Program-made: the position numbers and the translations under genes
Assembly: GCA_049599895.1 (NCBI GenBank)
Contig: JBMYPC010000001.1
Location: forward strand, 1-62,543
DNA length: 62,543 nucleotides
Reading direction: 5' to 3'
Origin: Bacteriovoracaceae bacterium
Lineage (GTDB): Bacteria > Bdellovibrionota > Bacteriovoracia > Bacteriovoracales > Bacteriovoracaceae
The notes under the pieces: generated by a model
What the model saw: the letters and a program-made list of their open reading frames with translations, nothing else
What the model was told of the DNA's origin: nothing
Databases searched by the model: none
Part shown: positions 27,214 through 37,943 of the stretch, piece after piece
Layout: each line of letters opens with the position of its first letter
Numbering within the stretch: position 1 is the first letter of the stretch

Positions 27214-28683
27214 ATGGAATCAACACCTTTCGAGTCATCATTGACTTATGATGATGTCCTAATCAAACCTGGATATTCAGAAATTCTTCCTCATGAGACT
27301 CAAATTCAAACTCGCTTCACGAAAGAGATTGAACTTAATATTCCTCTGGTCAGTGCCGCAATGGATACAGTCACTGAAGCTCCAACGGCAATTGTTATGG
27401 CCCAAGAAGGTGGAATTGGGGTTATTCATAAAAACCTTTCAATCGAAGAGCAAGCAGCTGAAGTTGAAAAAGTGAAAAAGTTCGAAGCCGGGATGGTGAT
27501 GAATCCTATTACCGTAAAACCTGAGCAAACTTTAGAGTCGGTTGTTTCTCTGACTAAGCAAAATAAAATCACTGGAGTTTTAGTTGTTGATAATAATGAA
27601 AAGCTCATTGGGATTTTAACTTCAAGAGACATGAGATTTGAGAATGATCTCAGCAAAACAGTTAAAGATGTCATGACTTCAAAAGATAAACTCATTACTG
27701 CAAGTGTTGGTGTTTCACTTGAATCAGCGAGAGATCAGCTTCATGAACATCGAATTGAAAAGCTACCCGTTGTGGATGAGACCGGAGTTCTTCAAGGCCT
27801 TATTACCATCAAAGATATTTTAAAGAGTATCGATTATCCCAATTCAAATAAAGATTCTCTTGGTCGACTTCGTGTTGCGGGAGCAATGGGAGTGGGGAAA
27901 AAAGAGTTTAAAAGAGCAGAAGCCTTAGTAAAAGCTGGAATTGATGCTCTTGTGGTTGATACCGCTCATGGACATTCAAAAGGTGTTATTGAGATGGTGA
28001 AGACTTTAAAAAATCATTTTAAAGATTCTGTGCAAATTGTTGCTGGTAACGTTGCGACAGCTAAGGCCTGTGAAGATCTTATTAAAGCTGGTGTTGATGG
28101 GGTGAAAGTTGGAATTGGTCCAGGATCAATCTGTACCACAAGAGTTGTCGCGGGAATTGGTGTTCCTCAGTTTAGTGCCATTCGTGAATGTAGTTCAGTT
28201 TGTCTTCACCACGGAGTCCCTTTCATTGCTGATGGTGGGGTGAAATATAGTGGAGACATCGTAAAGGCTTTAGCCGCAGGAGCAAGCTCAGTGATGGTGG
28301 GTTCACTTTTTGCTGGAACTGATGAGTCTCCAGGTGAGCGAGTTCTCTATCAAGGAAGGTTTTATAAAGTTTATCGCGGTATGGGATCTCTTGGGGCCAT
28401 GACTTTAGGTTCAAAAGATCGCTATGGCCAAGCCAGCGTTGAAGATCTCGGAAAACTTGTTCCCGAAGGAATTGAAGGACAGGTTCCTTATCGAGGGACT
28501 CTTGCCAGTAACGTCTATCAATTAACAGGTGGAATTAGAGCCGGTATGGGCTATGTCGGGGCTAAGACTTTAACTGAGCTTGTTGAAAAGGCCCAGTTTA
28601 CGAAAATCACTAGCGCTTCTTTAAAAGAAAGTCATCCTCATGACATTATGGTGACTAAGGAAGCTCCCAATTATCGAGTATAA
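27214..28683 (+). CDS. guaB: IMP dehydrogenase
   Basis: The N-terminus [14 protein letters not shown] is typical of GuaB. A CBS pair is present. The catalytic loop is [11 protein letters not shown]. The segments GGVKYSGDI and YRGMGS also match. Confidence 0.95.
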   Translation: MESTPFESSLTYDDVLIKPGYSEILPHETQIQTRFTKEIELNIPLVSAAMDTVTEAPTAIVMAQEGGIGVIHKNLSIEEQAAEVEKVKKFEAGMVMNPITVKPEQTLESVVSLTKQNKITGVLVVDNNEKLIGILTSRDMRFENDLSKTVKDVMTSKDKLITASVGVSLESARDQLHEHRIEKLPVVDETGVLQGLITIKDILKSIDYPNSNKDSLGRLRVAGAMGVGKKEFKRAEALVKAGIDALVVDTAHGHSKGVIEMVKTLKNHFKDSVQIVAGNVATAKACEDLIKAGVDGVKVGIGPGSICTTRVVAGIGVPQFSAIRECSSVCLHHGVPFIADGGVKYSGDIVKALAAGASSVMVGSLFAGTDESPGERVLYQGRFYKVYRGMGSLGAMTLGSKDRYGQASVEDLGKLVPEGIEGQVPYRGTLASNVYQLTGGIRAGMGYVGAKTLTELVEKAQFTKITSASLKESHPHDIMVTKEAPNYRV

Positions 28684-28703
28684 ATTTAAGTGTTGAGAAA
28701 AAT

Positions 28704-30278
28704 ATGAAGTTAGAAGTGAATGATCTTATTAAAAGAAAGATTTGGATTGTTGATTTTGGATCACAGTACACCCAGTTAATCGCAAGGAAAACTCGAGAGC
28801 TTAATTATTCAAGTTGTCTTGTGACTTTAGAAGAGGCAAAAGAGCTCTTTAAAAAAGGTCATAAACCAAGTTGTCTTATCCTTTCTGGTGGTCCTCAATC
28901 TGTTTTTGAAGATGATCATGACTACTCTTGGGTTTTTGAAGATCAGTCTCTTCCCATTCTTGGTATTTGTTATGGAATGCAGATTCTCGGCAAACATTTT
29001 AATGGAGTTGTTGAAAAGGGAATTATTGGAGAGTACGGACATGCTGAAATTCATGTAAGTTCTCATAAAAATATCTTTCCTTTTGATAACGAATTCTCAG
29101 TTTGGATGAGTCACTCTGATCACCTTACTGAGATTCCAAGTGGCTTTGAACTTCTCTTTGAAAGTCATAATAAACTTATCGCTGGAATCTTTCATTCAAA
29201 GAGACCAATTGTGGGTCTTCAGTTTCACCCAGAAGTGGAGCACACGGCCCATGGCAAAGAACTCCTAGAGCATTTTTATAAGGATGTGGCCAAAATCGAA
29301 CCTGATTGGTTTGAAACACAAATGCTTGAAGAGGCCAAAGGACTTGTTGGGGAAGCGAAAGGAAAAAAAGTTCTCTGCGCTTTTTCTGGCGGAGTCGACT
29401 CTTTAGTTGCCGCCACGATTGCCCATGAGGTTTTAGGCGATGATCTTTATTGCTTTTTTGTGGATAATGGACTTTTAAGACCTCAAGATTATCACCACAT
29501 TGAAACTCTTAAAAAAGAAACTCCTCTTAAAATTGAAATCATTGACGCCAAAGAAACTTTCTATGGAGCGCTTAAAGATGAGAGCGAACCCGAGAAGAAA
29601 AGAAAAATTATTGGCAGAACCTTTATTGAAATCTTCGATCAAAAAGTGACGGAATATCAAAAAAGTCACGGTATTGATTTTGAATATCTTCTTCAAGGAA
29701 CTCTTTATCCTGACGTTATTGAGTCAATTAGTCCCCACAAAAATGGGGGAAAGTCGGTAACAATTAAAAGTCATCACAATGTCGGTGGTCTTCCCGAAAG
29801 AATGAACCTTAAACTTCTTGAGCCCCTTAAATGGCTTTTTAAAGATGAGGTTCGAAATCTTGGCGCCCAAGTACGCCTTAAACCTGAATGGATTTTTAGA
29901 CATCCTTTCCCTGGGCCGGGTCTTGGAGTCAGGATTCTTGGAGACATTAATTTAAAAGCTGTGGGCCAAGTTCAACAGTCTGATCAAATTCTTTTTGAAG
30001 AAATGCACAACTTCAAAGTTTATGGATCAATCTGGCAAGCATTTACCGTTTTATTACCTGTTAGCACCGTCGGTGTTAAAGGTGATGCCAGAGCTTACGA
30101 GCAGGTGATTTGTCTTCGAATGGTTAATTCCACTGATGGCATGACGGCCACTTGGTCAGATGTTCCAAGGTCATTTCTTGAAACGGTTTCAAGTCGGATC
30201 ACCAATGAAGTTTCGGGGATCACGAGAGTGGTTTACGATATTACGTCTAAGCCTCCTGGCACTATTGAGTGGGAATAG
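28704..30278 (+). CDS. guaA: GMP synthase (glutamine-hydrolysing)
   Basis: The GATase segments GICYGMQ and HPE are present. The ATP-PPase P-loop is SGGVDS. The conserved C-terminus is KPPGTIEWE. Confidence 0.95.
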   Translation: MKLEVNDLIKRKIWIVDFGSQYTQLIARKTRELNYSSCLVTLEEAKELFKKGHKPSCLILSGGPQSVFEDDHDYSWVFEDQSLPILGICYGMQILGKHFNGVVEKGIIGEYGHAEIHVSSHKNIFPFDNEFSVWMSHSDHLTEIPSGFELLFESHNKLIAGIFHSKRPIVGLQFHPEVEHTAHGKELLEHFYKDVAKIEPDWFETQMLEEAKGLVGEAKGKKVLCAFSGGVDSLVAATIAHEVLGDDLYCFFVDNGLLRPQDYHHIETLKKETPLKIEIIDAKETFYGALKDESEPEKKRKIIGRTFIEIFDQKVTEYQKSHGIDFEYLLQGTLYPDVIESISPHKNGGKSVTIKSHHNVGGLPERMNLKLLEPLKWLFKDEVRNLGAQVRLKPEWIFRHPFPGPGLGVRILGDINLKAVGQVQQSDQILFEEMHNFKVYGSIWQAFTVLLPVSTVGVKGDARAYEQVICLRMVNSTDGMTATWSDVPRSFLETVSSRITNEVSGITRVVYDITSKPPGTIEWE

Positions 30279-31095
30279 AGTTTTTCTTTTCAAGAAAAAG
30301 AAGTCCTGAAAGAAAAATAATATAGGCCATCTCTATCCAAAGAAGTACTAAAACAAAAGAAGTGGCTGCGCCATAGATCTTTTGAGTGGTAATAGCATAA
30401 CTTCCATAAAGTTTAATTAACTGCTGTCCTAAGCCTAAACAAAGGGCAACACCAACTGAAGTTTTGATAGCGCTTTTGGTTTTGATTGGACTTCGGGGCA
30501 TAAATTTATAAATTAAGTAAAAGGCAAGAATATCAAGAGACCAAACAAGAGGTTTGGCAAACCAAGGCCCAAAAGTTTCAAGTTTAAAGATGAAGGCAAA
30601 CCAAGACTTTTGGGTGATCCAGGAATTCAAAGCACTAGAGGAAATGAGAAACAGGGGAGCTGCTAGAAAGATGAGAACCCGCTTTCCCAAAAACTTTAAA
30701 GAGAGCAGCCAGCGAAGATCGTCTTTTTCATGATTTAAGATAATGGTGTCGATGGAATTTCCTAAGCGATAAAGGAATGAAAGCGCCGTAAGAATAAAAA
30801 TAATTAAACTTAACCAACCCCAACTCACACTTGAAATACTACCGATGACTTGATCAAAGAACTTTTCGAATTGCTGGCCTGAACCAACATTGAGATGAAC
30901 CAAGAGAATACTTTTTAATTTCTCCGCCCAAGTCTTGGTAAAGCCAATAGTTCTCAAATACCAAAAAACCAGGATTAAAAGGGGAATGATGACGAGGATT
31001 GTTTGAAAAGCCAGTGCCCCTGCATGCAAGGGGATATTCAAGCTTTTTATACTCCTTATCTTGGATTTTAAATTGGATTTTAAAAGGGTGCTCAT
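30262..31095 (-). CDS. YihY/BrkB-family inner-membrane protein
   Basis: This is a polytopic membrane protein. Its N-terminal motif is HAGALAFQTILVIIPLLIL. Its 3' end overlaps the guaA 3' end by 17 nt in convergent orientation. Confidence 0.65.
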   Translation of the reverse strand: MSTLLKSNLKSKIRSIKSLNIPLHAGALAFQTILVIIPLLILVFWYLRTIGFTKTWAEKLKSILLVHLNVGSGQQFEKFFDQVIGSISSVSWGWLSLIIFILTALSFLYRLGNSIDTIILNHEKDDLRWLLSLKFLGKRVLIFLAAPLFLISSSALNSWITQKSWFAFIFKLETFGPWFAKPLVWSLDILAFYLIYKFMPRSPIKTKSAIKTSVGVALCLGLGQQLIKLYGSYAITTQKIYGAATSFVLVLLWIEMAYIIFLSGLLFLEKKNSIPTQ

Positions 31096-31236
31096 TATTT
31101 AATTTTAAGGGAACACAAAAAGAATTCAAAGACTTATCTCTAAAATCCCCTGATTTCGTGGAGCGGGACTTGAAAGACTGTCAGTATGTAGTGTTCTGGC
31201 CGGTTATTGGTTTTAAATGACTTAAGGAGACAGATT

Positions 31237-31584
31237 GTGAAGTGGACTCTCGTATTAATGGTGTTTTTAGGTTTTTCTCAAATCTCTCATGGAAGAGACA
31301 CCTCAGGTTGTACTCCTTTAATTGAACAAACTGCAAATGCTCAAATCACTTCTCTTTAAGCAACTTTGAAAGTGAATGCTGAAGAATTTCAAGTGACAAC
31401 TGAAGCCCATTGTCAGGCAAAGTATACTCATCGAAGAGCTGGATCTCGTGAGTACTATGTTTGCGAAGTGAAGAAATTCTTAAGTATTGATAGTCTTGGC
31501 CAATGGGAAATTGAAATCGCTCCCAAAAGAAATAATGTCAGGGACACTAAAGACTTTCAAGAGAGCTTTCATTTCTTTCTTTAG
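31237..31584 (+). pseudogene. Small secreted-protein gene interrupted by a single in-frame TAA (31357-31359)
   Basis: The RBS aaggaga (31224-31230) precedes the GTG at 31237. That reading frame encodes VKWTLVLMVFLGFSQISHG...ITSL and then stops at TAA. The same frame continues as the 72-aa track ORF 31366-31584, and 31366-31237 = 129 nt, or 43 codons. Confidence 0.35.
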
Positions 31585-31586
31585 AC

Positions 31587-32537
31587 TTAGATCAAAGACA
31601 TTTGAGCTTCTCTCTCAGTCGTCGCTCTTTTTCTTCTCGTTGAATGATACTTAATCTCGTAACGCTCAAATGAATTTTCATGAGTGTGAAAGACGAAAAA
31701 GGCCATATCAGAATACTTTCTTTTAAGCTCTCTCATCTCTTCAGTTATTAGCTCAACATTTTTTGGATCATCGTCACTCATTCCAAAGCGGTGATGAGGA
31801 CTGTGACCATATTTTTTTATGGCAGCTTCAACAGACTGTCTAATTGCCGATCTTTTAAGCTCTGCTACACTTGATTGCAGGTCAATGTCTCCAAGAGATC
31901 TTCTGGTTGTTGGGTTGGAAACAGGGTAAATGCTTAAATAGTTTGGATTATTGGGAAGGTGGCCTGATTTAACCATTAGGTTAATCCCTTGTTTGATTGT
32001 ATTATTCTCATGACCGCGAGCTGTAATAATACTCATAGGTCTTTTATTAAAAGTCGCATGATAGAAGCAGTTCCATGAAGGGGCCTTCCAATGGTAATCT
32101 TTTTGGTCGAGGGCCTTTGAGATGTCTTGAACAAAGGTTTGTCTTTTTCCTTTGAGGCGATCAAAGAAATTGAACTCTTGATCACGGAAGTAGCGAAAGC
32201 TTCCTTTGTCATCATCAAAGTTTAAAAAGAAGTCTTTATAATGTCCCCCGAGACCAATCTTTTTACCATCCCTTGCAAACTCACCTGATGAGATGAATTT
32301 TTCTTTTCCGTCTTTTTTATGAAAGATCACAATAGGAGTCGAGAGGTAGGCGACGTTGTCATCAAAGTCAAAGAAATAGAAACTTCTCCCACCAAGGTGG
32401 TGATTTCTATCGGGCTCGCGCTTTCGTTCAAAATCAAATTCAAGCTGAGCTTTATTGGCTTTGTTTTTTTTGCGTCTCATTAAAAAATTGGCCCTTTTTC
32501 TCAATCGCAACATACCAAAAGCTCGATTTGTCATCAA
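31587..32537 (-). CDS. Hypothetical cytoplasmic protein with HAD-like motif set and very basic termini
   Basis: The ORF is continuous over 316 aa. The candidate HAD motifs are FYFFDFDDNV (I, non-canonical), SIITARG (II) and GMSDDDPKN (IV). No signal peptide is present. Confidence 0.4.
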   Translation of the reverse strand: MMTNRAFGMLRLRKRANFLMRRKKNKANKAQLEFDFERKREPDRNHHLGGRSFYFFDFDDNVAYLSTPIVIFHKKDGKEKFISSGEFARDGKKIGLGGHYKDFFLNFDDDKGSFRYFRDQEFNFFDRLKGKRQTFVQDISKALDQKDYHWKAPSWNCFYHATFNKRPMSIITARGHENNTIKQGINLMVKSGHLPNNPNYLSIYPVSNPTTRRSLGDIDLQSSVAELKRSAIRQSVEAAIKKYGHSPHHRFGMSDDDPKNVELITEEMRELKRKYSDMAFFVFHTHENSFERYEIKYHSTRRKRATTEREAQMSLI

Positions 32538-32691
32538 TGCCCTGTGGTGAATGTTTCAAAAGCTGTCTAAGGGGTTAAGATTTGGTTAGAAATACTAATG
32601 ATATCAATACTTTTTACTTTTCTGGCTGGGAAAACGCTGTCGATTCTAATATGGTTTATGAAGATAATGGCCAAATTTTAGGAGATTAAAG

Positions 32692-34257
32692 ATGAGTTTT
32701 AACCGTCGTGACTTTGTAAAGTTTCTTGGTGGAAGTACTGCCCTGGTATCTGGAACTTCAATTCTTGGGGCCTTAAGTGGTTGTGCTACTTCTACGAAAT
32801 CAGGAATCCCTCTTATGAGGCCATCTCAAAAAGATGATCTTGTTATGAACTCGGGACTTAAATATGAGCTTCTTTTAAGTCATGGAGATAAGATTAATTC
32901 TACAGAGTCTTTCGGTTTTAATAATGACTATAATGCTTTTATTCCTCTCTATGGAAAGAACGACGAAGCATTATTTTGGACTAACCATGAATATCCTCAT
33001 CCCATGTTTCTAGGGACAGGAAAAAGAACGAAAGAAGATATTGTTAAAGAACAAAAAGCTTTAGGTGGTTCCATTGTTCATATTAAAAAAGATGAAATGG
33101 GGAGATGGCAGTTAGTAAAAAACTCAAAGTTTAATAAAAGAGTTGATGGGACAACTGAAATTCCTATCATTGCTGATCGAAAAATTGCTGGGACAAAAAC
33201 TGCGATTGGAACATTTGCTAACTGCGCTGGTGGCATCACTCCATGGGGAACAGTCTTAACTTGCGAAGAAAATTATCATGATTATTATGGCGAAATTAAG
33301 TTTGGATCTAAAAAGAAAAAATCGGGAGAACTCGGCTGGGATGAGTATTTTGATCGCTCTCCTTACCATTATGGATGGGTGGTTGAAGTCGATCTTTTAA
33401 CTGCAAAAGCAAAAAAGCTTACAGCCCTTGGAAGATTTGCTCACGAGTCAGCAACCACAATCAAAGCTAAAGATGGAAGAACAGTTGTCTATTCTGGGGA
33501 TGATAAAGTAGGTGAATGTCTCTATAAGTTTATCGCTGATAAGCCAGGTTCTCTTGATAAGGGAGAGTTATTTGTTGCTGATGTTGTTGGTGGAAAGTGG
33601 CTTTCTCTTGATATTAAAAAACAACCAAAGTTAAAGGCAAAGTTTAAAGATCAAACAGATGTTCTAATCCATTGTCGAGATGCCGCTAAAGTTCTTGGAG
33701 CAACTCCTCTTGATCGACCTGAAGATGTTGAGATTCAACCGGGAACAAATAATGTTTTTGTTTGTCTTACCAATAATAAGAGAAAAAATAATTACCATGG
33801 ATCCATTTTAAAAATTGAAGAAACTGGTAATGATCCTCTTGCTCTTACGTTTAAGGCCTCTGATTTTGCAGTCGGCGGAGAAGAAGCCGGATTCTCTTGT
33901 CCTGATAATATTGCTTTTGATGGAAAGGGAAATCTTTGGATGACTACCGATATGTCAGGTTCGGCTATGAATAAACCACCATACACAAAGTTTAAAAATA
34001 ACGGGCTTTTCTATTTTCCCATGTCTGGTCCAGATGCAGGAGTGGCCGTTCAAATGGCATCCGCTCCTACTGACGCAGAGCTAACAGGGCTCTGTTTTAG
34101 TGCGGATGAAAAGACACTTTTTCTCTCAATTCAACATCCTGGAGAGAAATCCAAGAGTCTTAATGCACTTACAAGTACTTGGCCGTTTGGCCCAGGGCGC
34201 AATCCTGAGCCAAGCGTTGTTCAAATTTCAGGGCCATTGATGGATCGTCTCACCTAA
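32692..34257 (+). CDS. phoX: PhoX-family (DUF839) Tat-exported alkaline phosphatase
   Basis: The Tat leader is MSFNRRDFVKFLGG. The segments TNHEY, NCAGGITPWGTVLTCEEN, GRFAHES, RPEDVEI and IQHPGE all match PhoX. Confidence 0.8.
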   Translation: MSFNRRDFVKFLGGSTALVSGTSILGALSGCATSTKSGIPLMRPSQKDDLVMNSGLKYELLLSHGDKINSTESFGFNNDYNAFIPLYGKNDEALFWTNHEYPHPMFLGTGKRTKEDIVKEQKALGGSIVHIKKDEMGRWQLVKNSKFNKRVDGTTEIPIIADRKIAGTKTAIGTFANCAGGITPWGTVLTCEENYHDYYGEIKFGSKKKKSGELGWDEYFDRSPYHYGWVVEVDLLTAKAKKLTALGRFAHESATTIKAKDGRTVVYSGDDKVGECLYKFIADKPGSLDKGELFVADVVGGKWLSLDIKKQPKLKAKFKDQTDVLIHCRDAAKVLGATPLDRPEDVEIQPGTNNVFVCLTNNKRKNNYHGSILKIEETGNDPLALTFKASDFAVGGEEAGFSCPDNIAFDGKGNLWMTTDMSGSAMNKPPYTKFKNNGLFYFPMSGPDAGVAVQMASAPTDAELTGLCFSADEKTLFLSIQHPGEKSKSLNALTSTWPFGPGRNPEPSVVQISGPLMDRLT

Positions 34258-34340
34258 ATTAGACTGCCTCATCTTCAAAATTCTTGTGAGATTCGATAGA
34301 ATCGAGGCACACACAACACCCTTGAAGAAGAGGACATTTG

Positions 34341-37300
34341 ATGAGTCAAGACACTGAATCCATTCAGGTAAGTAGGCCTGATAGCTTTGTTCACCTTCAC
34401 CTCCATACGCAATACAGTTTATTGGACGGAGCGATTCGTATTCCGGATCTTATAAAAAGAGCAAGTGAACTTGGTGTGCCGGCAATCGCACAAACCGATC
34501 ACGGGAATATGTTTGGAGCGATTGATTTTTATATTCAATGTAAAAAAGCAGGCATCAAACCAATTCTTGGTTCAGAAGTTTATTTTACTCCAGGCTCAAG
34601 GCACGATCGTATTTCTCCAAGAAGGGCCAAGGCCGTTAGTAACCAAGATGAGCAAGAGTCCTCTCACCAGATTCATCACTTAATTCTTCTTTGTAAGAAT
34701 AACCAAGGTTATGAAAACCTTTGTAAAATGCTATCTCTCGCTTATCTTGAAGGTTTTTATTATAAGCCCCGACTGGATATGGAGCTTCTCAATAAGTATG
34801 GTGACGGACTTATCTGTACTACAGCCTGTTTAAAAGGGGAGGTTGGTTACAACTTCTTTACTGATCAAGACGCAAGAGCAGTTTCCGCAATTAATAAGCT
34901 TCATGAAAGATTTGGCGATGACTTTTATCTAGAGATTCAAGAAAACGGAATCCCTGAGCAAAACTCTGTGAATCGAAAGGTCCTCGAATATGTAAAAGAG
35001 CACGATATAAAAGTTGTGGCCACTAATGATGCCCATTATATGACTCCTGAAGATGCGACGGCCCAGGAGGTTCTTCTTTGTATCCAGACTGGGAAATCAT
35101 TTAATGATGAAAACCGAATGAGAATGACTTCTCAAGAGTTTTACTTTAAGTCTCCCCAAGAAATGCGTGAAGCTTTTCATTACGCTCCTCATGCTTGTGA
35201 TGCGACACTTGAAATCGCTGATAAATGTAACGTTGAACTTAAATGGAAAGATGATGATGGAAACCAAATTTATCATCTCCCTGATTTTCCAATCGATACT
35301 GGGGAATCAATGGATGACTTTTTTAGAAGAATGTCATCTGAAGGTCTAGAAGAGAGATTTAAAGGGCCTCATTTTACAAAAATTGTTGCCCAAGAAAATT
35401 GGGAAACAGAACTTAAAGCAAAGTACTATGACCGACTGACTGAAGAAGTCGAAATGATTATTAAGATGGGATTTCCCGGATACTTTCTTATCGTTTCTGA
35501 TTTCATCAAATGGTCAAAAGAAAATGATATCCCTGTTGGTCCTGGGCGAGGTTCTGGGGCTGGCTCTCTTGTGGCCTACGCTCTTCAAATTACGAATATT
35601 GATCCTCTTCCATACGATCTCCTTTTTGAAAGATTCATTAACCCTGAACGGATTTCGATGCCAGACTTTGATGTTGATTTCTGCCAAAGTGGTCGGGGAA
35701 AGGTCATTGATTACGTGACTCAGAAATATGGTGAGGAAAGAGTTGGCCAGATTATTACTTTTGGAAAACTTCAGGCCAAAGCTGTTATTCGAGATGTGAG
35801 TCGGGTTTTTGATCTTCCATACTCTGAAGCGGATATGCTCGCCAAGCTTGTTCCTGATGAACTCGGAATTTCATTAGAGAAGGCCCTTGAAATGGAGCCA
35901 AAGTTTCAAGAGCTTATGAAGACTGATGCAAAAATCCGTCAAATCATCAACATATCAAGACGTTTAGAAGGGCTATTAAGACATGCTTCAATCCATGCGG
36001 CTGGAGTTATTATTACCAATCTTCCTCTCGTTAAATATTGCCCGCTCTTTAAAGGACGAGAAGGTGAGAAGGTTGTTCAATTTGATAAAGATTTCTCGGA
36101 GACCATAGGTCTTGTAAAGTTTGATTTTCTTGGTCTTAAAACTCTTACGGTTATTAATCAAGCTTCAAAATTTATTCAAAGAGATTACGATGCTGCTTTC
36201 GATATTGAGAGCATCGATATGGAAGACAAAAAAGTTTATGATTTTGTTTCTTCCGGAAAGACTGTCGGAGTCTTCCAGCTTGAATCATCGGGGATGATTG
36301 ATCTTTGTAAAAGAATTAGGCCTAACAGCCTTGAGGAAATTACCGCCATCAACGCTCTTTACCGTCCTGGTCCACTTGAGTCAGGGATGGTTGATGACTT
36401 TATTGAAATTAAACATGGTCGAAAAACCATGACCTTTCCTTTTCCTGAACTTGAAGAAGTTTTAAAAGACACCTACGGGGTTATTGTTTATCAAGAGCAA
36501 GTGATGAATGTTGCTCGGATTATCGCGGGTTACTCTCTTGGACAAGCGGATATGCTCAGACGGGCCATGGGGAAAAAGAAAGTTGCCGAGATGGATCGTC
36601 ACAAAGAGATCTTTAGAGAAGGGGCAAGAAAAAACGGTTTTGATGAGAAGAAAGCGGTTGATCTTTTTGAACTCATGGCAAAGTTTGCAGCTTACGGTTT
36701 TAATAAATCCCATGCTGTTGCCTATGGTGTGATTGCTTATCAAACCGCATTTTTAAAGCGTTATTATCCCGCTCCATTTTTTGCTGCACTTCTTTCAACA
36801 GAACTTAATAACACCGATAAGGTCACAACCTATATCAATGATTGTCGAAATTATGACATCGAAGTTCTTCCACCTGATGTGAATGAATCTTTATGGCTTT
36901 TCAACGTTGTTGAAGGGAATATTCGTTTTGGGATGGGGGCTGTTAAAAATGTTGGTGAAGGTGCGGTAGAAGAAATTGTTCGTGAAAGAACTGAGAATGG
37001 GCCTTTTGTAAGTTTTAAGGACTTTGTCGAAAGAGTCAGCCATAAACTTGTGAACAAAAGAGTTATTGAATCTCTTATCAAAGTAGGGGCTTTTGATTCT
37101 ATTGAGACTCATAATCGAAAAACTCTTTTTGAAAATATGGAGCTTCTCGTTACTCATGGAATAAAGAGACAGGAAGAAAAAGAGTTAGGACAAACAAGTC
37201 TTTTTGATATCGGTGGAGCTGAGTTTCAAGAATCAGAAGAGAACGCTCTTAGTCTCGATGTGGTTCCTGATTATGAAGATAATGAAAAGCTTCAATATGA

Positions 37301-37943
37301 GTATAAGCTTATGGGGATCTATGTTTCGGGGCACCCTCTTCAAAAATATGAAGATATCTTGGATCAAATGACATCAAGATCGATTAACGAAATTCATGAT
37401 ATGCCTGGAGAGGGTAAAAGAGACTTTGTTCTCGGTGGAATTCTGACTGATCGAAAAAATATTATTACAAAGCGCGGCGATAAAATGTGTTTTGCAAATC
37501 TCGAGGGGCTTAATGGAAAGATTGAATGTATCGTCTTTCCAAGGGTCTTCCTTGAGTATGAACAATTACTCGATGGACAAGAGCCTGTGATCCTGACCGG
37601 GCAGGTCAACCTTTCAGAAGATCCACGAAAGTTTTTTCCAACAAAAATTATGAAATTGGCGGATCAGACAGAGCAAAGGGTTACGGGAGTGCGAATAAAT
37701 GTTAATATAAACACTATTAACGAAAGGGTTTTAGAAAAGCTTCGCCAGGCTGTTCTAAGCTATAGGGGGACTGTGCCGGCCCATTTTGTTTTTGAGTCAG
37801 ACAAGGCCCGTGGACAACTTCCTCTAGGTGAGAATTTTTTGGTGAATCCAACCCCACAATTGGCGGCAAAAATTAATGAAATTCTTAACAATAATAGTGT
37901 CCAGTATATCGTCGACGGGAAAGTTCAAACCAATATCAATTAG
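34341..37943 (+). CDS. dnaE: DNA polymerase III alpha subunit
   Basis: The PHP domain begins FVHLHLHTQYSLLDG. The segments GPGRGSGAGSLVAYAL, FERFINPERISMPDFDVDF and NKSHAVAYG also match. The length is about 1200 aa. Confidence 0.95.
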   Translation: MSQDTESIQVSRPDSFVHLHLHTQYSLLDGAIRIPDLIKRASELGVPAIAQTDHGNMFGAIDFYIQCKKAGIKPILGSEVYFTPGSRHDRISPRRAKAVSNQDEQESSHQIHHLILLCKNNQGYENLCKMLSLAYLEGFYYKPRLDMELLNKYGDGLICTTACLKGEVGYNFFTDQDARAVSAINKLHERFGDDFYLEIQENGIPEQNSVNRKVLEYVKEHDIKVVATNDAHYMTPEDATAQEVLLCIQTGKSFNDENRMRMTSQEFYFKSPQEMREAFHYAPHACDATLEIADKCNVELKWKDDDGNQIYHLPDFPIDTGESMDDFFRRMSSEGLEERFKGPHFTKIVAQENWETELKAKYYDRLTEEVEMIIKMGFPGYFLIVSDFIKWSKENDIPVGPGRGSGAGSLVAYALQITNIDPLPYDLLFERFINPERISMPDFDVDFCQSGRGKVIDYVTQKYGEERVGQIITFGKLQAKAVIRDVSRVFDLPYSEADMLAKLVPDELGISLEKALEMEPKFQELMKTDAKIRQIINISRRLEGLLRHASIHAAGVIITNLPLVKYCPLFKGREGEKVVQFDKDFSETIGLVKFDFLGLKTLTVINQASKFIQRDYDAAFDIESIDMEDKKVYDFVSSGKTVGVFQLESSGMIDLCKRIRPNSLEEITAINALYRPGPLESGMVDDFIEIKHGRKTMTFPFPELEEVLKDTYGVIVYQEQVMNVARIIAGYSLGQADMLRRAMGKKKVAEMDRHKEIFREGARKNGFDEKKAVDLFELMAKFAAYGFNKSHAVAYGVIAYQTAFLKRYYPAPFFAALLSTELNNTDKVTTYINDCRNYDIEVLPPDVNESLWLFNVVEGNIRFGMGAVKNVGEGAVEEIVRERTENGPFVSFKDFVERVSHKLVNKRVIESLIKVGAFDSIETHNRKTLFENMELLVTHGIKRQEEKELGQTSLFDIGGAEFQESEENALSLDVVPDYEDNEKLQYEYKLMGIYVSGHPLQKYEDILDQMTSRSINEIHDMPGEGKRDFVLGGILTDRKNIITKRGDKMCFANLEGLNGKIECIVFPRVFLEYEQLLDGQEPVILTGQVNLSEDPRKFFPTKIMKLADQTEQRVTGVRINVNINTINERVLEKLRQAVLSYRGTVPAHFVFESDKARGQLPLGENFLVNPTPQLAAKINEILNNNSVQYIVDGKVQTNIN

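Noticed and set aside
32563-32641. CTGTC pentamers upstream of phoX as a possible Pho box
   Set aside because: There are only two isolated pentamers about 70 nt apart, not the tandem 11-bp-phased repeats of a Pho box.
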